Shown piece after piece: positions 10,813-19,414 of a stretch of DNA of 36,565 bases. The notes beneath the pieces were generated by a model. It saw only the letters and a program-made list of their open reading frames with translations. It was not told the DNA's origin and made no database searches. The position numbers were made by a program, and so were the translations under genes. The stretch is from Candidatus Heimdallarchaeota archaeon (GTDB taxonomy: Archaea > Asgardarchaeota > Heimdallarchaeia > Heimdallarchaeales > Heimdallarchaeaceae), in assembly GCA_021399395.1 (NCBI GenBank), contig JAAFKJ010000116.1:1-36565 (forward strand). The letters are read 5' to 3'. The stretch's first letter is position 1. Every line of letters starts with the position of its first letter.

Positions 10813-11250
10813 TTACATGACAGATTTAACAACCCTATCAATTTCTCTTAAGCGCTCTAAAACTTCATTATAACTAGCTTTGATTTGGGTGAGTTGGGTC
10901 TCAATTTCAGACTTCTTCTTTTTAATGCCCTCAATTGCCTCAGGTAATGAACGTTCACTATGAACACCAGCACCAATGGTTGTAATTACTTTTTCACCAT
11001 CTTCAATAGAAGCATAGATGAAATTCCCTGCACCAATAGGAACCAAAATCTTCTGATTTTTCTTGGTATCTTTAAGATCAACTAGGGTTTGTTCAGCTGT
11101 ATGAATTTCGTTAAAATATCCATTCAATAGCTCAATTTGTTGATTATATCTTGTTGCTTGTTGCTCTAATTGTTGAGCAGCTACCATCAAGTTATCTAAT
11201 TCTTCTTTGGAAACTTTTTGTGTAGGAGAATTTTCGGACAGTTCTTTCAC
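10813..11250 (-). CDS. pfdA: Prefoldin alpha subunit
   Basis: Coiled coils flanking ILVPIGAG...IGAGV; conserved position before ftsY. Confidence 0.94.
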   Translation of the reverse strand: MKELSENSPTQKVSKEELDNLMVAAQQLEQQATRYNQQIELLNGYFNEIHTAEQTLVDLKDTKKNQKILVPIGAGNFIYASIEDGEKVITTIGAGVHSERSLPEAIEGIKKKKSEIETQLTQIKASYNEVLERLREIDRVVKSVM

Positions 11251-11516
11251 TTCCTTTTTGGAATAGTTAAATCATCTTCAACTGCAAAGGTTTTTACAAC
11301 TTGATTTTTAATTTCGTCAGGATTTGTTATCTCTCGAATATCCTTTGGATTTATATAAATCATGTTTCGTTTTACTTTATGTTTACTTCCTAAAGTATTG
11401 TAAATATGCTCTATAGCATCTTTTTCACTTATTGCTCTAACATATTTCCCAAATGGAATTTTACGTTTTCTTTTTCGAAATTCTCCGCGAATATGAAATG
11501 TTTTGACAGATGTCAT
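11247..11516 (-). CDS. rpl18a: 50S ribosomal protein L18a/LX (eL20)
   Basis: A..E..A.E..Y..LGSKHKVKR..I motif; operon position. Confidence 0.93.
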   Translation of the reverse strand: MTSVKTFHIRGEFRKRKRKIPFGKYVRAISEKDAIEHIYNTLGSKHKVKRNMIYINPKDIREITNPDEIKNQVVKTFAVEDDLTIPKRK

Positions 11517-11585
11517 TTAGTGTTCACCACGTTCTGCTATTTGCTGATTGTAAAAGGCTTTTTCAACTTTTTGAATCTAAAGTCA

Positions 11586-12260
11586 TTAGGGCGATAATAA
11601 TATTTCAAAGATTCTCATGCTTTCTGGACCTGTACTATCAGAACCAATAACAGCACCATTTGAATTAGCTAAAATTCCAACTCTAGGGTAAGGAATACCA
11701 CGATTAATTGTACAAACGTCTGTTTTCACCTTAAAAACTGAGGATATTTCTTTGATTTCTTCTTCAGAAAGAAGCGGATGAACAAGAGCACCTTTATTTG
11801 TACTCATAACAATACTCCCAACAAGAGGAGATCCTAATAAACTACCCACTGTAACTTCAAAGTTAAGTGCATCTTCTATCTGTTTTTGAGCAGGTTTTTC
11901 AAACATATCACTAATAATGGCACCCTTATCGTTGAGAACAATAAGATTACCCAAAGCAGTTAGGTTGCTATTTAGTTCAACAACTTCCACATTGTCTCTT
12001 AATGAGTCACTTAGAATGTTGAATTCTTTTTCCCCTACGGTTGATGGAAGGAAGAGTGTATCGGAATTTCCAACTGCCATGGTTCCTACAAGAACTGAGT
12101 TAGAAATAGTGGTTTGGATCACTTTGACTTGCAGTGTTTCGACCAAGGTGTTCTCTGTTATTTCCTTTACTCCAAAAGGAACAACAGCATATTTCTCTGT
12201 TGCCAATGCAAAGACTCCTAAACCCGAATTTCCTAAAACATTTGTCTTTGCAATATCCAA
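11586..12260 (-). CDS. eif6: Translation initiation factor aIF6
   Basis: LGNLIVLNDKGA, TNKGALVHP, TINRG, ANSNGAVIG..STGPE; probable TTG start at 12260 after GAGGT. Confidence 0.95.
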   Translation of the reverse strand: MDIAKTNVLGNSGLGVFALATEKYAVVPFGVKEITENTLVETLQVKVIQTTISNSVLVGTMAVGNSDTLFLPSTVGEKEFNILSDSLRDNVEVVELNSNLTALGNLIVLNDKGAIISDMFEKPAQKQIEDALNFEVTVGSLLGSPLVGSIVMSTNKGALVHPLLSEEEIKEISSVFKVKTDVCTINRGIPYPRVGILANSNGAVIGSDSTGPESMRIFEILLSP

Positions 12261-12299
12261 GATTATCGACCTCAAAAATAATTGAAAAGAGAAAAAACT

Positions 12300-12752
12300 C
12301 TATTCAGTTTTTTCCTCTTCTGTAGATGTTTCCTCATCTGGTTTTGGTTGCTCTTCTACAGGTTGTTTATCAACAACAGTAGTTTCTTCTTCTTCCTCTT
12401 CCTCTTCCTCGTCCTCTTCTTCTAATTCGCCTGGAATAGCGATACCATCTAACTCTGGACGAGTAGCAGCTTCAACCTTATCGTGGATTAATTCTACAGT
12501 TGCAATTTTGTCTTCCTCTATTGTTTCAACAATTGCACGAACCTTAATTTTTCTTGGAGGTTTTCTTATTCCTCTTTTCCACATAAACTCGTTTAATTCT
12601 TCATCAATTATGACAAAATCTACTTTTGTATGCTTAAAGATAAACTCCTTGAGAAGCTTAATAGCTCTAGGTGTTCTCCTGTATGGGGCTGTTTTATTCA
12701 GTTGTGGATAAAATGGAATAGTATAAATGTTCTCTATAGCTTCTTGAGACAT
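12300..12752 (-). CDS. rpl31e: 50S ribosomal protein L31e with long acidic C-terminal extension
   Basis: YTIP, RTPRAIK..KEF..KH, LNEFMWKRGIRKPPRKIKV; about 60-aa Glu-rich tail. Confidence 0.94.
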   Translation of the reverse strand: MSQEAIENIYTIPFYPQLNKTAPYRRTPRAIKLLKEFIFKHTKVDFVIIDEELNEFMWKRGIRKPPRKIKVRAIVETIEEDKIATVELIHDKVEAATRPELDGIAIPGELEEEDEEEEEEEEETTVVDKQPVEEQPKPDEETSTEEEKTE

Positions 12753-12765
12753 TCTTTTTCATCTC

Positions 12766-12921
12766 CTATCTTTTAATATTACTAGCCCTCCACCTTCTGC
12801 GTTTAGGGTGGGTTCTGAAACGTCGGTTAGTTCTAATAACGCACCAACTAGGAACGGGGCTATTACTTTTACCTTCTCTTGCGTATCTGAGTTTTCTGGG
12901 TAAGGTTTTATTTCTCGCCAT
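12766..12921 (-). CDS. rpl39e: 50S ribosomal protein L39e (absent from the ORF track)
   Basis: Hand translation MARNKTLPRKLRYAREGKSNSPVPSWCVIRTNRRFRTHPKRRRWRASNIKR (51 aa); lies between PDCD5 and rpl31e. Confidence 0.95.
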   Translation of the reverse strand: MARNKTLPRKLRYAREGKSNSPVPSWCVIRTNRRFRTHPKRRRWRASNIKR

Positions 12922-13259
12922 TATAATCGCCTTATATCGATTTTAGTTTCACGCTTTTGTCCCTGGATTTTACGGAGTATGTCTTTCAACTGAGCATCAG
13001 TTAATTTATCGGATAATGATCCTTGCTGGGCAAGTTGTATTAAGCGAAGCTCAACAGCTTCTGCAAGTTCGGGACGTACTAGCTTTATGTTAGCAAGTCT
13101 TTGTAATGCTTCTTCTGTTAAGATTTGACGAAGTACAGATTGTTTCTGAGCTTCAAGAGATGCTCGTTGCTCTTCTTGAGATTCTTGTACTGCTGCTTGT
13201 TGTTGCAATTCAGCAAGTTTTTTTTGCCTTATTGCTTCCATTTCTTCGTCATCATACAT
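12921..13259 (-). CDS. PDCD5-like DNA-binding protein
   Basis: LRQILTEEALQRLANIKLVRPELAEAVE..LIQLAQ.G motif. Confidence 0.93.
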   Translation of the reverse strand: MYDDEEMEAIRQKKLAELQQQAAVQESQEEQRASLEAQKQSVLRQILTEEALQRLANIKLVRPELAEAVELRLIQLAQQGSLSDKLTDAQLKDILRKIQGQKRETKIDIRRL

Positions 13260-13317
13260 CTTATTTCACATCCTTTCAATGGAGCTTATACTGCTTTCAA
13301 TCTTAATTTGCAGTCCC

Positions 13318-13782
13318 TTAATATCTTTCTAAGGATGGGATTTGTCTTTTGATTTCAGCTGAAAGTTTGTCAACGAAAGAGTGACCTTTAGGGGTAATGA
13401 CACGACCAACTATTACACGGCCTTTACTGCCATGACCACTCTTCTTCTGAATGTAATTAGCTTTTTCTAATTGTTGCAGAACACGTCTGATTACTGCACC
13501 ACTGCCTCTAGCAAAGTGTTCAGGTTTTACACCTCTTCTATTACGACCACCATAAGCAACTCGCAATCTTGAAACTCCAATAGGTCCATACATGTAAATT
13601 TTACGTAGTATTGAGGCAGCTCTAATATACCACCAGTCTTCTTGTACTGGAGAACTTTCTTTATGTACTCCTGTTTTGGCATAAATTGCCCATCCTGGAG
13701 GTTTGATTTCTGTCTCTTTTTTCAATTCTTCAGTAATTTTTTGTATTAGTAAGTCCGCTGGAACATCGTAAGCTGTTGGCAT
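13318..13782 (-). CDS. rps19e: 30S ribosomal protein S19e
   Basis: PGWAIYAKTGVHKE..P...DWWYIRAASILRK, YGG, LQQLE; ATG at 13782. Confidence 0.96.
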   Translation of the reverse strand: MPTAYDVPADLLIQKITEELKKETEIKPPGWAIYAKTGVHKESSPVQEDWWYIRAASILRKIYMYGPIGVSRLRVAYGGRNRRGVKPEHFARGSGAVIRRVLQQLEKANYIQKKSGHGSKGRVIVGRVITPKGHSFVDKLSAEIKRQIPSLERY

Positions 13783-13905
13783 AACTTTCACTCTTATTGA
13801 ATATAGCGTATGCGACCGATAAGTAATAACCTAATAAATCTTGCTAATGAAGGGAGAAGAGAAGATATTATCTAAATAAAAAAAGAGAAAAAATATGAGG
13901 AAAAA

Positions 13906-14089
13906 TTGGCATAGTAACAAGAAGACAGGAGGTGTCTAGCTGTATCCTACCATACGTTCTCTACCTAAGTAAGAATAGCTAGGGGTGAGGAAGTCTGAAC
14001 GATTGTTCTACGGGTTTATATATGAAAGTACACATCGTATTTATCAGTCTCGGGGGAGCAAACCTCTTTTCCAAAGATTACTTTGCTAG
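13906..14089. ncRNA. Candidate structured non-coding RNA (~180 nt, unknown family)
   Basis: GC-richer island in an AT-rich intergenic region, with paired termini and two internal hairpins. On the minus strand there is a TATA-like element upstream and T-runs downstream. Confidence 0.55.
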
Positions 14090-14239
14090 TTATATAAGCT
14101 TATGTTTTTTAATAATCAATTCAAGCCTTAAGAACTGAAAGAGTTAAGATTTGCGAAGCAAAAATCTGATTAAAAGTAAAAGAAAGAATTAAAAGCAAAG
14201 TATTGTAATTAGAGATATCTTCAATAGGAGAATACTAGA

Positions 14240-14449
14240 TTGAACGAGACCAACTCCACTTCAAAGAAAAAATGGAAACAATGGTTGCACTCTATTAATA
14301 CAGTAGATGATTATTTTGTGATTTTTGGTATAATTCTCAATGCTTTCAGCTTAGCTATTAGTTTTGCATATGGGCACATAATTGCAGGAATAATACTTAC
14401 TGTATGTGAGATTATACTTGTTGGGGCCTATATTCTGAAACTGTTTTGA
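14240..14449 (+). CDS. Small membrane protein (2 TM)
   Basis: SD AGGAG before TTG; two hydrophobic segments. Confidence 0.65.
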   Translation: MNETNSTSKKKWKQWLHSINTVDDYFVIFGIILNAFSLAISFAYGHIIAGIILTVCEIILVGAYILKLF

Positions 14450-14454
14450 GAAAA

Positions 14455-15165
14455 TTACTCTTCATCATCTGTGGATGTAAACCTTTCAACAATATATTGT
14501 CCAATTATCTCAAAAGCCTTCTCAATATTTGATCCAGTCTTAGCTGATGTTTCCAAAAAGAAATTCTCTATTGAGAGATCTTTGATTTTCTTATTGAGTT
14601 CATCTATAAACTCTTGCGCTTCTTCTTGAGTTACTTCTTGTTCGTCTACAAGATCAACTTTGTTTGCGAGAATTATAACTGGAACTACACCTCTTCCACT
14701 AAATTGATACAATTCTTCAATCCAGTTACTTAGATTGAGAAAAGTCTCTCTACGTGTGGTATCAAAAACGGCAAGAGAACCAAAACAACCCTTGAAAAAT
14801 CTTGGTCGTACGTTTTTAAACATTGGTTGCCCTGCTAAATCCCATATTTGATACTTAATCTGATACTCGTCAACTTCCTTTGTTGTTGCAGCAAAATCTG
14901 CACCTAAAGTAGTCAAATGTTCTTTCTGAAAACCATGGCCTAGATATCTTTGCCGGATTGAAGTTTTTCCAACAGCAGCATCCCCAATAAGAACTAGCTT
15001 TATCATATAAGCGTTTGTGGTAGATCGTTGCTTTGTCTCCTCTTCAGTTTCCTTCTTCTCTGTAATAGGTTTTTCTTTGTGTTTGTCTATGTTCTCTTTG
15101 AACATCACGGGACCTTTACCAGATTCTTTCTTGGATTCATCTGAAGATTGCTTCTTCTTAGCCAT
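14455..15165 (-). CDS. Ras-superfamily (Rab-like) small GTPase
   Basis: G1 GDAAVGKTS, G2 TTLGADF, G3 WDLAGQ, G4 NKVD, G5 ETSAK. Confidence 0.95.
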   Translation of the reverse strand: MAKKKQSSDESKKESGKGPVMFKENIDKHKEKPITEKKETEEETKQRSTTNAYMIKLVLIGDAAVGKTSIRQRYLGHGFQKEHLTTLGADFAATTKEVDEYQIKYQIWDLAGQPMFKNVRPRFFKGCFGSLAVFDTTRRETFLNLSNWIEELYQFSGRGVVPVIILANKVDLVDEQEVTQEEAQEFIDELNKKIKDLSIENFFLETSAKTGSNIEKAFEIIGQYIVERFTSTDDEE

Positions 15166-15225
15166 GTTATCTGATTAAATAATTCATTTAAATATATAAA
15201 AGTATGTGGTTAATCAGTGGCGGCT

Positions 15226-15948
15226 TTAATCCTTTCTAGGGGTATGTTGGTGGATAATTTTATGTTTTTTAGCTAGTTTTCCAAGTTCTTCAGCTTCTGG
15301 AATAGATAAATGAAATGGTGTTTTTTTATCTTTAAATGTCCCTTCAATTAATGCAAAATCAACATCCTCTATGAATTCTTTCAGACCTTCAAAATAACCT
15401 GTATCCCCAGTATAGAGAATTTTTTCACCTTGTTTTTCAATTATATAACCTACAGATGGTATGTTAGGTAGTTCTTTACCTCCGATAATCGAGCCACGAT
15501 GTTGAACAGGAAAAGAAGCTATGGTAACTTGATTAATCTGTGTTTCTTTTTCTATTTCATGGATTTTCAGCTTATAAGGAATGGAATCAGAATAACTTTT
15601 CTGAAAAGCCGTAACAATACCCTCTATTTCTGTAACCCCTGATGGAAATATTAGTAGTAATTCTTTACTCCTGTTTATCATTCTTAGAAAACCTAAAAGC
15701 GAAAACAATCCTCCAACATGATCAAAATGACCGTGAGTACACAAGACTGCTTGGATGTTCTCATAGAACATTTTCGGTAGAGAAACCAAATCTCTAAGGA
15801 TACCATCTCCAACATCAACGAGGTAAATATGTTGTTCTTCGATATCAAATACAAGAATTTGTGTGGCTAAACCCGCTTTTGAGTAAAGAACTCTTACTTT
15901 AAGATGTTTGCCTTCCCAATCCCAGAAATCTATTTGAGGAGAAGTCAT
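15226..15948 (-). CDS. Metallo-beta-lactamase fold hydrolase (RNase Z-like)
   Basis: VDVGDG, THGHFDHVGG, VQH, YTGDT, EGT, later His motifs. Confidence 0.85.
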   Translation of the reverse strand: MTSPQIDFWDWEGKHLKVRVLYSKAGLATQILVFDIEEQHIYLVDVGDGILRDLVSLPKMFYENIQAVLCTHGHFDHVGGLFSLLGFLRMINRSKELLLIFPSGVTEIEGIVTAFQKSYSDSIPYKLKIHEIEKETQINQVTIASFPVQHRGSIIGGKELPNIPSVGYIIEKQGEKILYTGDTGYFEGLKEFIEDVDFALIEGTFKDKKTPFHLSIPEAEELGKLAKKHKIIHQHTPRKD

Positions 15949-16033
15949 GAATCAAAGTAAAACTGAAAACAAATATCTCTTTCGATACCTCTGCCGATAT
16001 ATATTTTTACTTGAAATAGATATAATCTAATTA

Positions 16034-17053
16034 ATGGGCGTTGCACGTGATATTTTGTCTAGATTTCTGCAGGGACTCTCTATAAAGTGGGAGATGAAAG
16101 AAAAATATCACTTAGCAGCAAAAATGGGATATTATAGTTATTATGTGGGCGGAGGAGAATCTGCTGAACTCTTGAAACTTGCAGCTTTAGAAATGAAGGT
16201 TGAGAAGTACGATTCTGCGATTCAATTCCTCGAAAAATATCTTGAGGAAAACAAAGATTCTGTTAAAGCACTTCTTCTATTAGGAATAGCACAAAGGCAA
16301 AATGGAAAATATGAGGAAGCAATAAAAACCCATCTGAAATGCTTAAAGAAAGGAGAAGAAAATGCTAATGTTCTCTATACTTTAGGTTTAGATTATGAAA
16401 AAGCAAAGAAAATCAGAACGGCTAAAAGATATTATTCGAAAGTTATAGAAACTGAACAAGCTTTTGCACAAGCATATTTTCGTCTAGCTCACCTCTATGT
16501 GCAAGAGAAGAAGTATGATCTAGCTGTAAATCTATATCTAGATGGTTTATCTCTTAGGGAAGGAACAGCTAAAGATTGGATAAATCTTTCACTATGTTAT
16601 TTAATGACATCAAATCTTAAGGCAGCAGAAAAAGTTCTAGTAGAAGCCTTGGAGATTTTTCCCCAATCATCGGAAGTTCTTTTTGCGTTGGGAACTTGCT
16701 ATATTAAGAAGAGAAATTATAAGAAGAATGCAATTATTGTAGCAAAACTAGATGAGAGAGAAGAGATCAACTTAGCATTGTCTCTAAAGGTAAAAGAAGC
16801 ATTAGATAGGAAAAACTATGAGTTGTTAGAAGAACTATTAAAACAATTCGATAAACAAGAAAGAACTGCAGAGTATTGGTATATGCAATCACTAGTAGAA
16901 GCAAACATAAGCGATGAGAAAAAGGCAATTTCTTCCTTAAGAAAAGCGGTAGCAATAAATCCTAATCTAAGAAAGGAAGCTATAAAAGATGATAATTTTG
17001 CAGTAATAAGAGAACTAGTGGAATTCAAGAATATAGTATATCCAAGAAAATAA
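16034..17053 (+). CDS. Tetratricopeptide repeat protein
   Basis: Multiple 34-aa TPR-like repeats (ALLLLGIAQ...YEEAI; VLYTLGLDY; AYFRLAHLY). Confidence 0.88.
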   Translation: MGVARDILSRFLQGLSIKWEMKEKYHLAAKMGYYSYYVGGGESAELLKLAALEMKVEKYDSAIQFLEKYLEENKDSVKALLLLGIAQRQNGKYEEAIKTHLKCLKKGEENANVLYTLGLDYEKAKKIRTAKRYYSKVIETEQAFAQAYFRLAHLYVQEKKYDLAVNLYLDGLSLREGTAKDWINLSLCYLMTSNLKAAEKVLVEALEIFPQSSEVLFALGTCYIKKRNYKKNAIIVAKLDEREEINLALSLKVKEALDRKNYELLEELLKQFDKQERTAEYWYMQSLVEANISDEKKAISSLRKAVAINPNLRKEAIKDDNFAVIRELVEFKNIVYPRK

Positions 17054-17289
17054 AAGAGAGGATTTCAAGCATACTCAAACCATTGAACAGCAATTACCAT
17101 ATCTGCGTATAAGGACCTTTTAGATTCCATTTTATGATAGTTAACGCTTACAGGGAAACATTGGAAACAACCCCATATTTAATTCCAAAACATAAATTAT
17201 GCAAAGCTAATATAGTGATTGAAAATTCATAAGGCATCGCAGAATGTAGAATATTTTTAAAATGAAATTAGAGAAAAATAAATTGGAGC

Positions 17290-17319
17290 TCAAGATAAGA
17301 AAAATTGACTTCTAAAGGA
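17290..17319 (+). repeat. 30-bp direct repeat, copy 1
   Basis: TCAAGATAAGAAAAATTGACTTCTAAAGGA, identical to 18094-18123. Confidence 0.93.
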
Positions 17320-17379
17320 CTTTTCTTCTGTTTTCTTAATTAGAAAACAATTATATGTATTTATTACATAGTATATTAG

Positions 17380-18039
17380 ATGAGAAGACTATTCAGACGT
17401 ATTCTTTCTCTTTGTCTTACTTTCTTAGTTATTCTTAGTCTTTTTATCCCACTATTCCAAGCATCTTATTCTGGATATACAATTTACACTCGCATAAATA
17501 ATATAGACTTTCCTCCGCACAAATCACCTATGACATTTTTCCCAAACCACACTCTGTTTGAGTTTGATTATTCTCTGGAGCTTATTAATCCATCAGGGAT
17601 AGTTCTCTTTATCAGAACACCTTCAACATGTTTAATCTTTAATTCGGGGAACATAACTTTCGAAGATGATCAACATGAAGGTTATATCTTAAGTGGAAAC
17701 ATTGAATGTGGAGCAGCCTTTACAAACCATGAAATTCCACCAGGAATCACTGACGTATCATTCAGATTCTATATTTCTATTAATGGCACACTTGAAAGCC
17801 TTCCTTACGGGAACTACACAATAAGTATTGCAATCCCAGATTATTTGGAAGAGCATGAATATGTACATTATCCCTCTACTATTTATTACTCAAATTCAAA
17901 TCTAGAGATACTTCACAAAGGTGAGAACGAAACTTTCACTTTTCCTACAGTTCCATCTTTTCAAAGCATCTCCTCCTATTTATTGTTAACTTTCATGGTA
18001 GGGTTTACTATTGTGATTGTCATAAGAAGAAAGTATTAG
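17380..18039 (+). CDS. Hypothetical secreted/surface protein with signal peptide and C-terminal TM anchor
   Basis: Basic-hydrophobic N-terminus, beta-rich core with several N-x-T sequons, C-terminal VPSF-hydrophobic-RRKY. Confidence 0.8.
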   Translation: MRRLFRRILSLCLTFLVILSLFIPLFQASYSGYTIYTRINNIDFPPHKSPMTFFPNHTLFEFDYSLELINPSGIVLFIRTPSTCLIFNSGNITFEDDQHEGYILSGNIECGAAFTNHEIPPGITDVSFRFYISINGTLESLPYGNYTISIAIPDYLEEHEYVHYPSTIYYSNSNLEILHKGENETFTFPTVPSFQSISSYLLLTFMVGFTIVIVIRRKY

Positions 18040-18093
18040 TAATATTATAACAGGGAGCAAAATATGATTGAAACAAATTCATGTGAAAATCAT

Positions 18094-18123
18094 TCAAGAT
18101 AAGAAAAATTGACTTCTAAAGGA
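18094..18123 (+). repeat. 30-bp direct repeat, copy 2
   Basis: Identical to 17290-17319. Confidence 0.93.
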
Positions 18124-18175
18124 TAGAAAAGTTTTTTATTAAAAGAAAGGGAGAAAAAACAAGAAACAAAATCAA

Positions 18176-18249
18176 GCGGAGTTGGCAGAGTCGATATGCA
18201 GCGGTCTGCAAAACCGTGAACAGGAGTTCAAATCTCCTACTCCGCTCCA
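18176..18249 (+). tRNA. tRNA-Cys(GCA)
   Basis: GCGGAGT/ACTCCGC acceptor, anticodon arm GCGGT-CTGCAAA-ACCGT, U73, encoded CCA. Confidence 0.95.
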
Positions 18250-18307
18250 AATTCTTTTCTAATATTCTTAGGAAAACTTTATTTTATTTACATTGAATAT
18301 CGATAAG

Positions 18308-19309
18308 ATGAATAAATCATTTGCATATTTCCTTATCCTAGGTTTCATTTTTGGTGGTCTCCTTTCTTCTGTCTCTTTCAGTGTTGCTAAACAATCTTCT
18401 CCAGCTGATTTTCCTTCTTCAGAGCTTAATAGAAGGAAACATGATCCAATATTAATAGAAAGTCAAAGTCAGCTTGTGAGTTATACTTTTCCTGGCTCAG
18501 GTACCAAAGATGATCCATACAGAATAGAAAACTACAGGATTATCTATGAATCTAGCTATGGTGAGGATGTTAGAGGGATCTATATCATGTCTATATCATC
18601 TTATGTTCTTATAAGAAATAACTATATCAAAGGATTTTATTGTGGAATTGATGTAATTAAAACAAGTGACAAGGTCAGTGTTATGGCAAATGAACTTGAT
18701 GCAAATGAGTGCGGAATAGAATTTCATTATACGACGAATCAACGAATAATTGGGAATAAAATTGTTAATAATCGTGAAGGTCACGCTATTTGTCTTTACA
18801 GTAGTTATAATATTACAGTTCAATATAATGAAATAACGGATTGTGGTTGGATTGGTATAAACACAGGATATGGTGTAACAAACTGCGAGTTTTCTTATAA
18901 TACCGTAGAACGAAGCGGAAAACTAGTACCAAAACCTGAATTTCCTTTTTTCGCATATCCGTATGGTATAAGATTGAGCAGTTTAGCATTCGATAACATT
19001 GTCCATCATAATAATTTTGTGGATAATAATCCTGAGGGAACATGTCAAGCATTGGATGATGGTGAGACGGGAAATCAATGGTATGATCATGTAACACAAA
19101 CTGGAAATTATTGGTCCGATCTGGGCAACAAAGATGTTTATTATATAGAAGGCCCAAGTTCAAACAATGATATTTATCCTCTCAAAGAATTTCTACAGTA
19201 TGATAATCCTTACAACACTGCAGGTGATTTAATAAGTTGGATAATTTCGATTATGGCTATTTTTTCCTTTACAGCAGTTGTAATGTACAGAAAGAAGATA
19301 CTTCTTTGA
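18308..19309 (+). CDS. Right-handed parallel beta-helix (NosD/CASH-like) surface protein
   Basis: Signal peptide, PILI...FPGSGTKDDPYRIENY, repeated N.I..N...GI, HHNNFVDN, GNYWSD, DIYPL, C-terminal TM plus RKK. Confidence 0.88.
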   Translation: MNKSFAYFLILGFIFGGLLSSVSFSVAKQSSPADFPSSELNRRKHDPILIESQSQLVSYTFPGSGTKDDPYRIENYRIIYESSYGEDVRGIYIMSISSYVLIRNNYIKGFYCGIDVIKTSDKVSVMANELDANECGIEFHYTTNQRIIGNKIVNNREGHAICLYSSYNITVQYNEITDCGWIGINTGYGVTNCEFSYNTVERSGKLVPKPEFPFFAYPYGIRLSSLAFDNIVHHNNFVDNNPEGTCQALDDGETGNQWYDHVTQTGNYWSDLGNKDVYYIEGPSSNNDIYPLKEFLQYDNPYNTAGDLISWIISIMAIFSFTAVVMYRKKILL

Positions 19310-19319
19310 ATATTGCTGA

Positions 19320-19342
19320 TCCAATTCTCCGTCTCCGCTCCA
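19320..19342 (+). repeat. Degenerate tRNA-Cys 3'-end fragment (att-like)
   Basis: TCCAATTCTCCGTCTCCGCTCCA vs tRNA TTCAAATCTCCTACTCCGCTCCA (19/23); similarity continues through AA(C/T)TCTTTTCT past the CCA. Confidence 0.8.
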
Positions 19343-19414
19343 AACTCTTTTCTTAGTAATTCTACTCCTTCTTATTGCATAATCCTTTTAAATTTTGAAT
19401 TTATTCTGCTTTTT

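Noticed and set aside
13980-14000. RNase P RNA, from GAGGAAGTC resembling CR-I
   Set aside because: The motif is mid-structure and no CR-V (ACAGAA...GCTTA) partner was found; kept as an unassigned ncRNA candidate.
17060-17200. Possible gene remnant on the minus strand (short MESKRSLYADMVIAVQWFEYA frame)
   Set aside because: Too short, interrupted by stops, and no recognisable homology.
17290-18123. CRISPR array, from the 30-bp repeat length
   Set aside because: Only two copies, 804 bp apart, with a gene between them.
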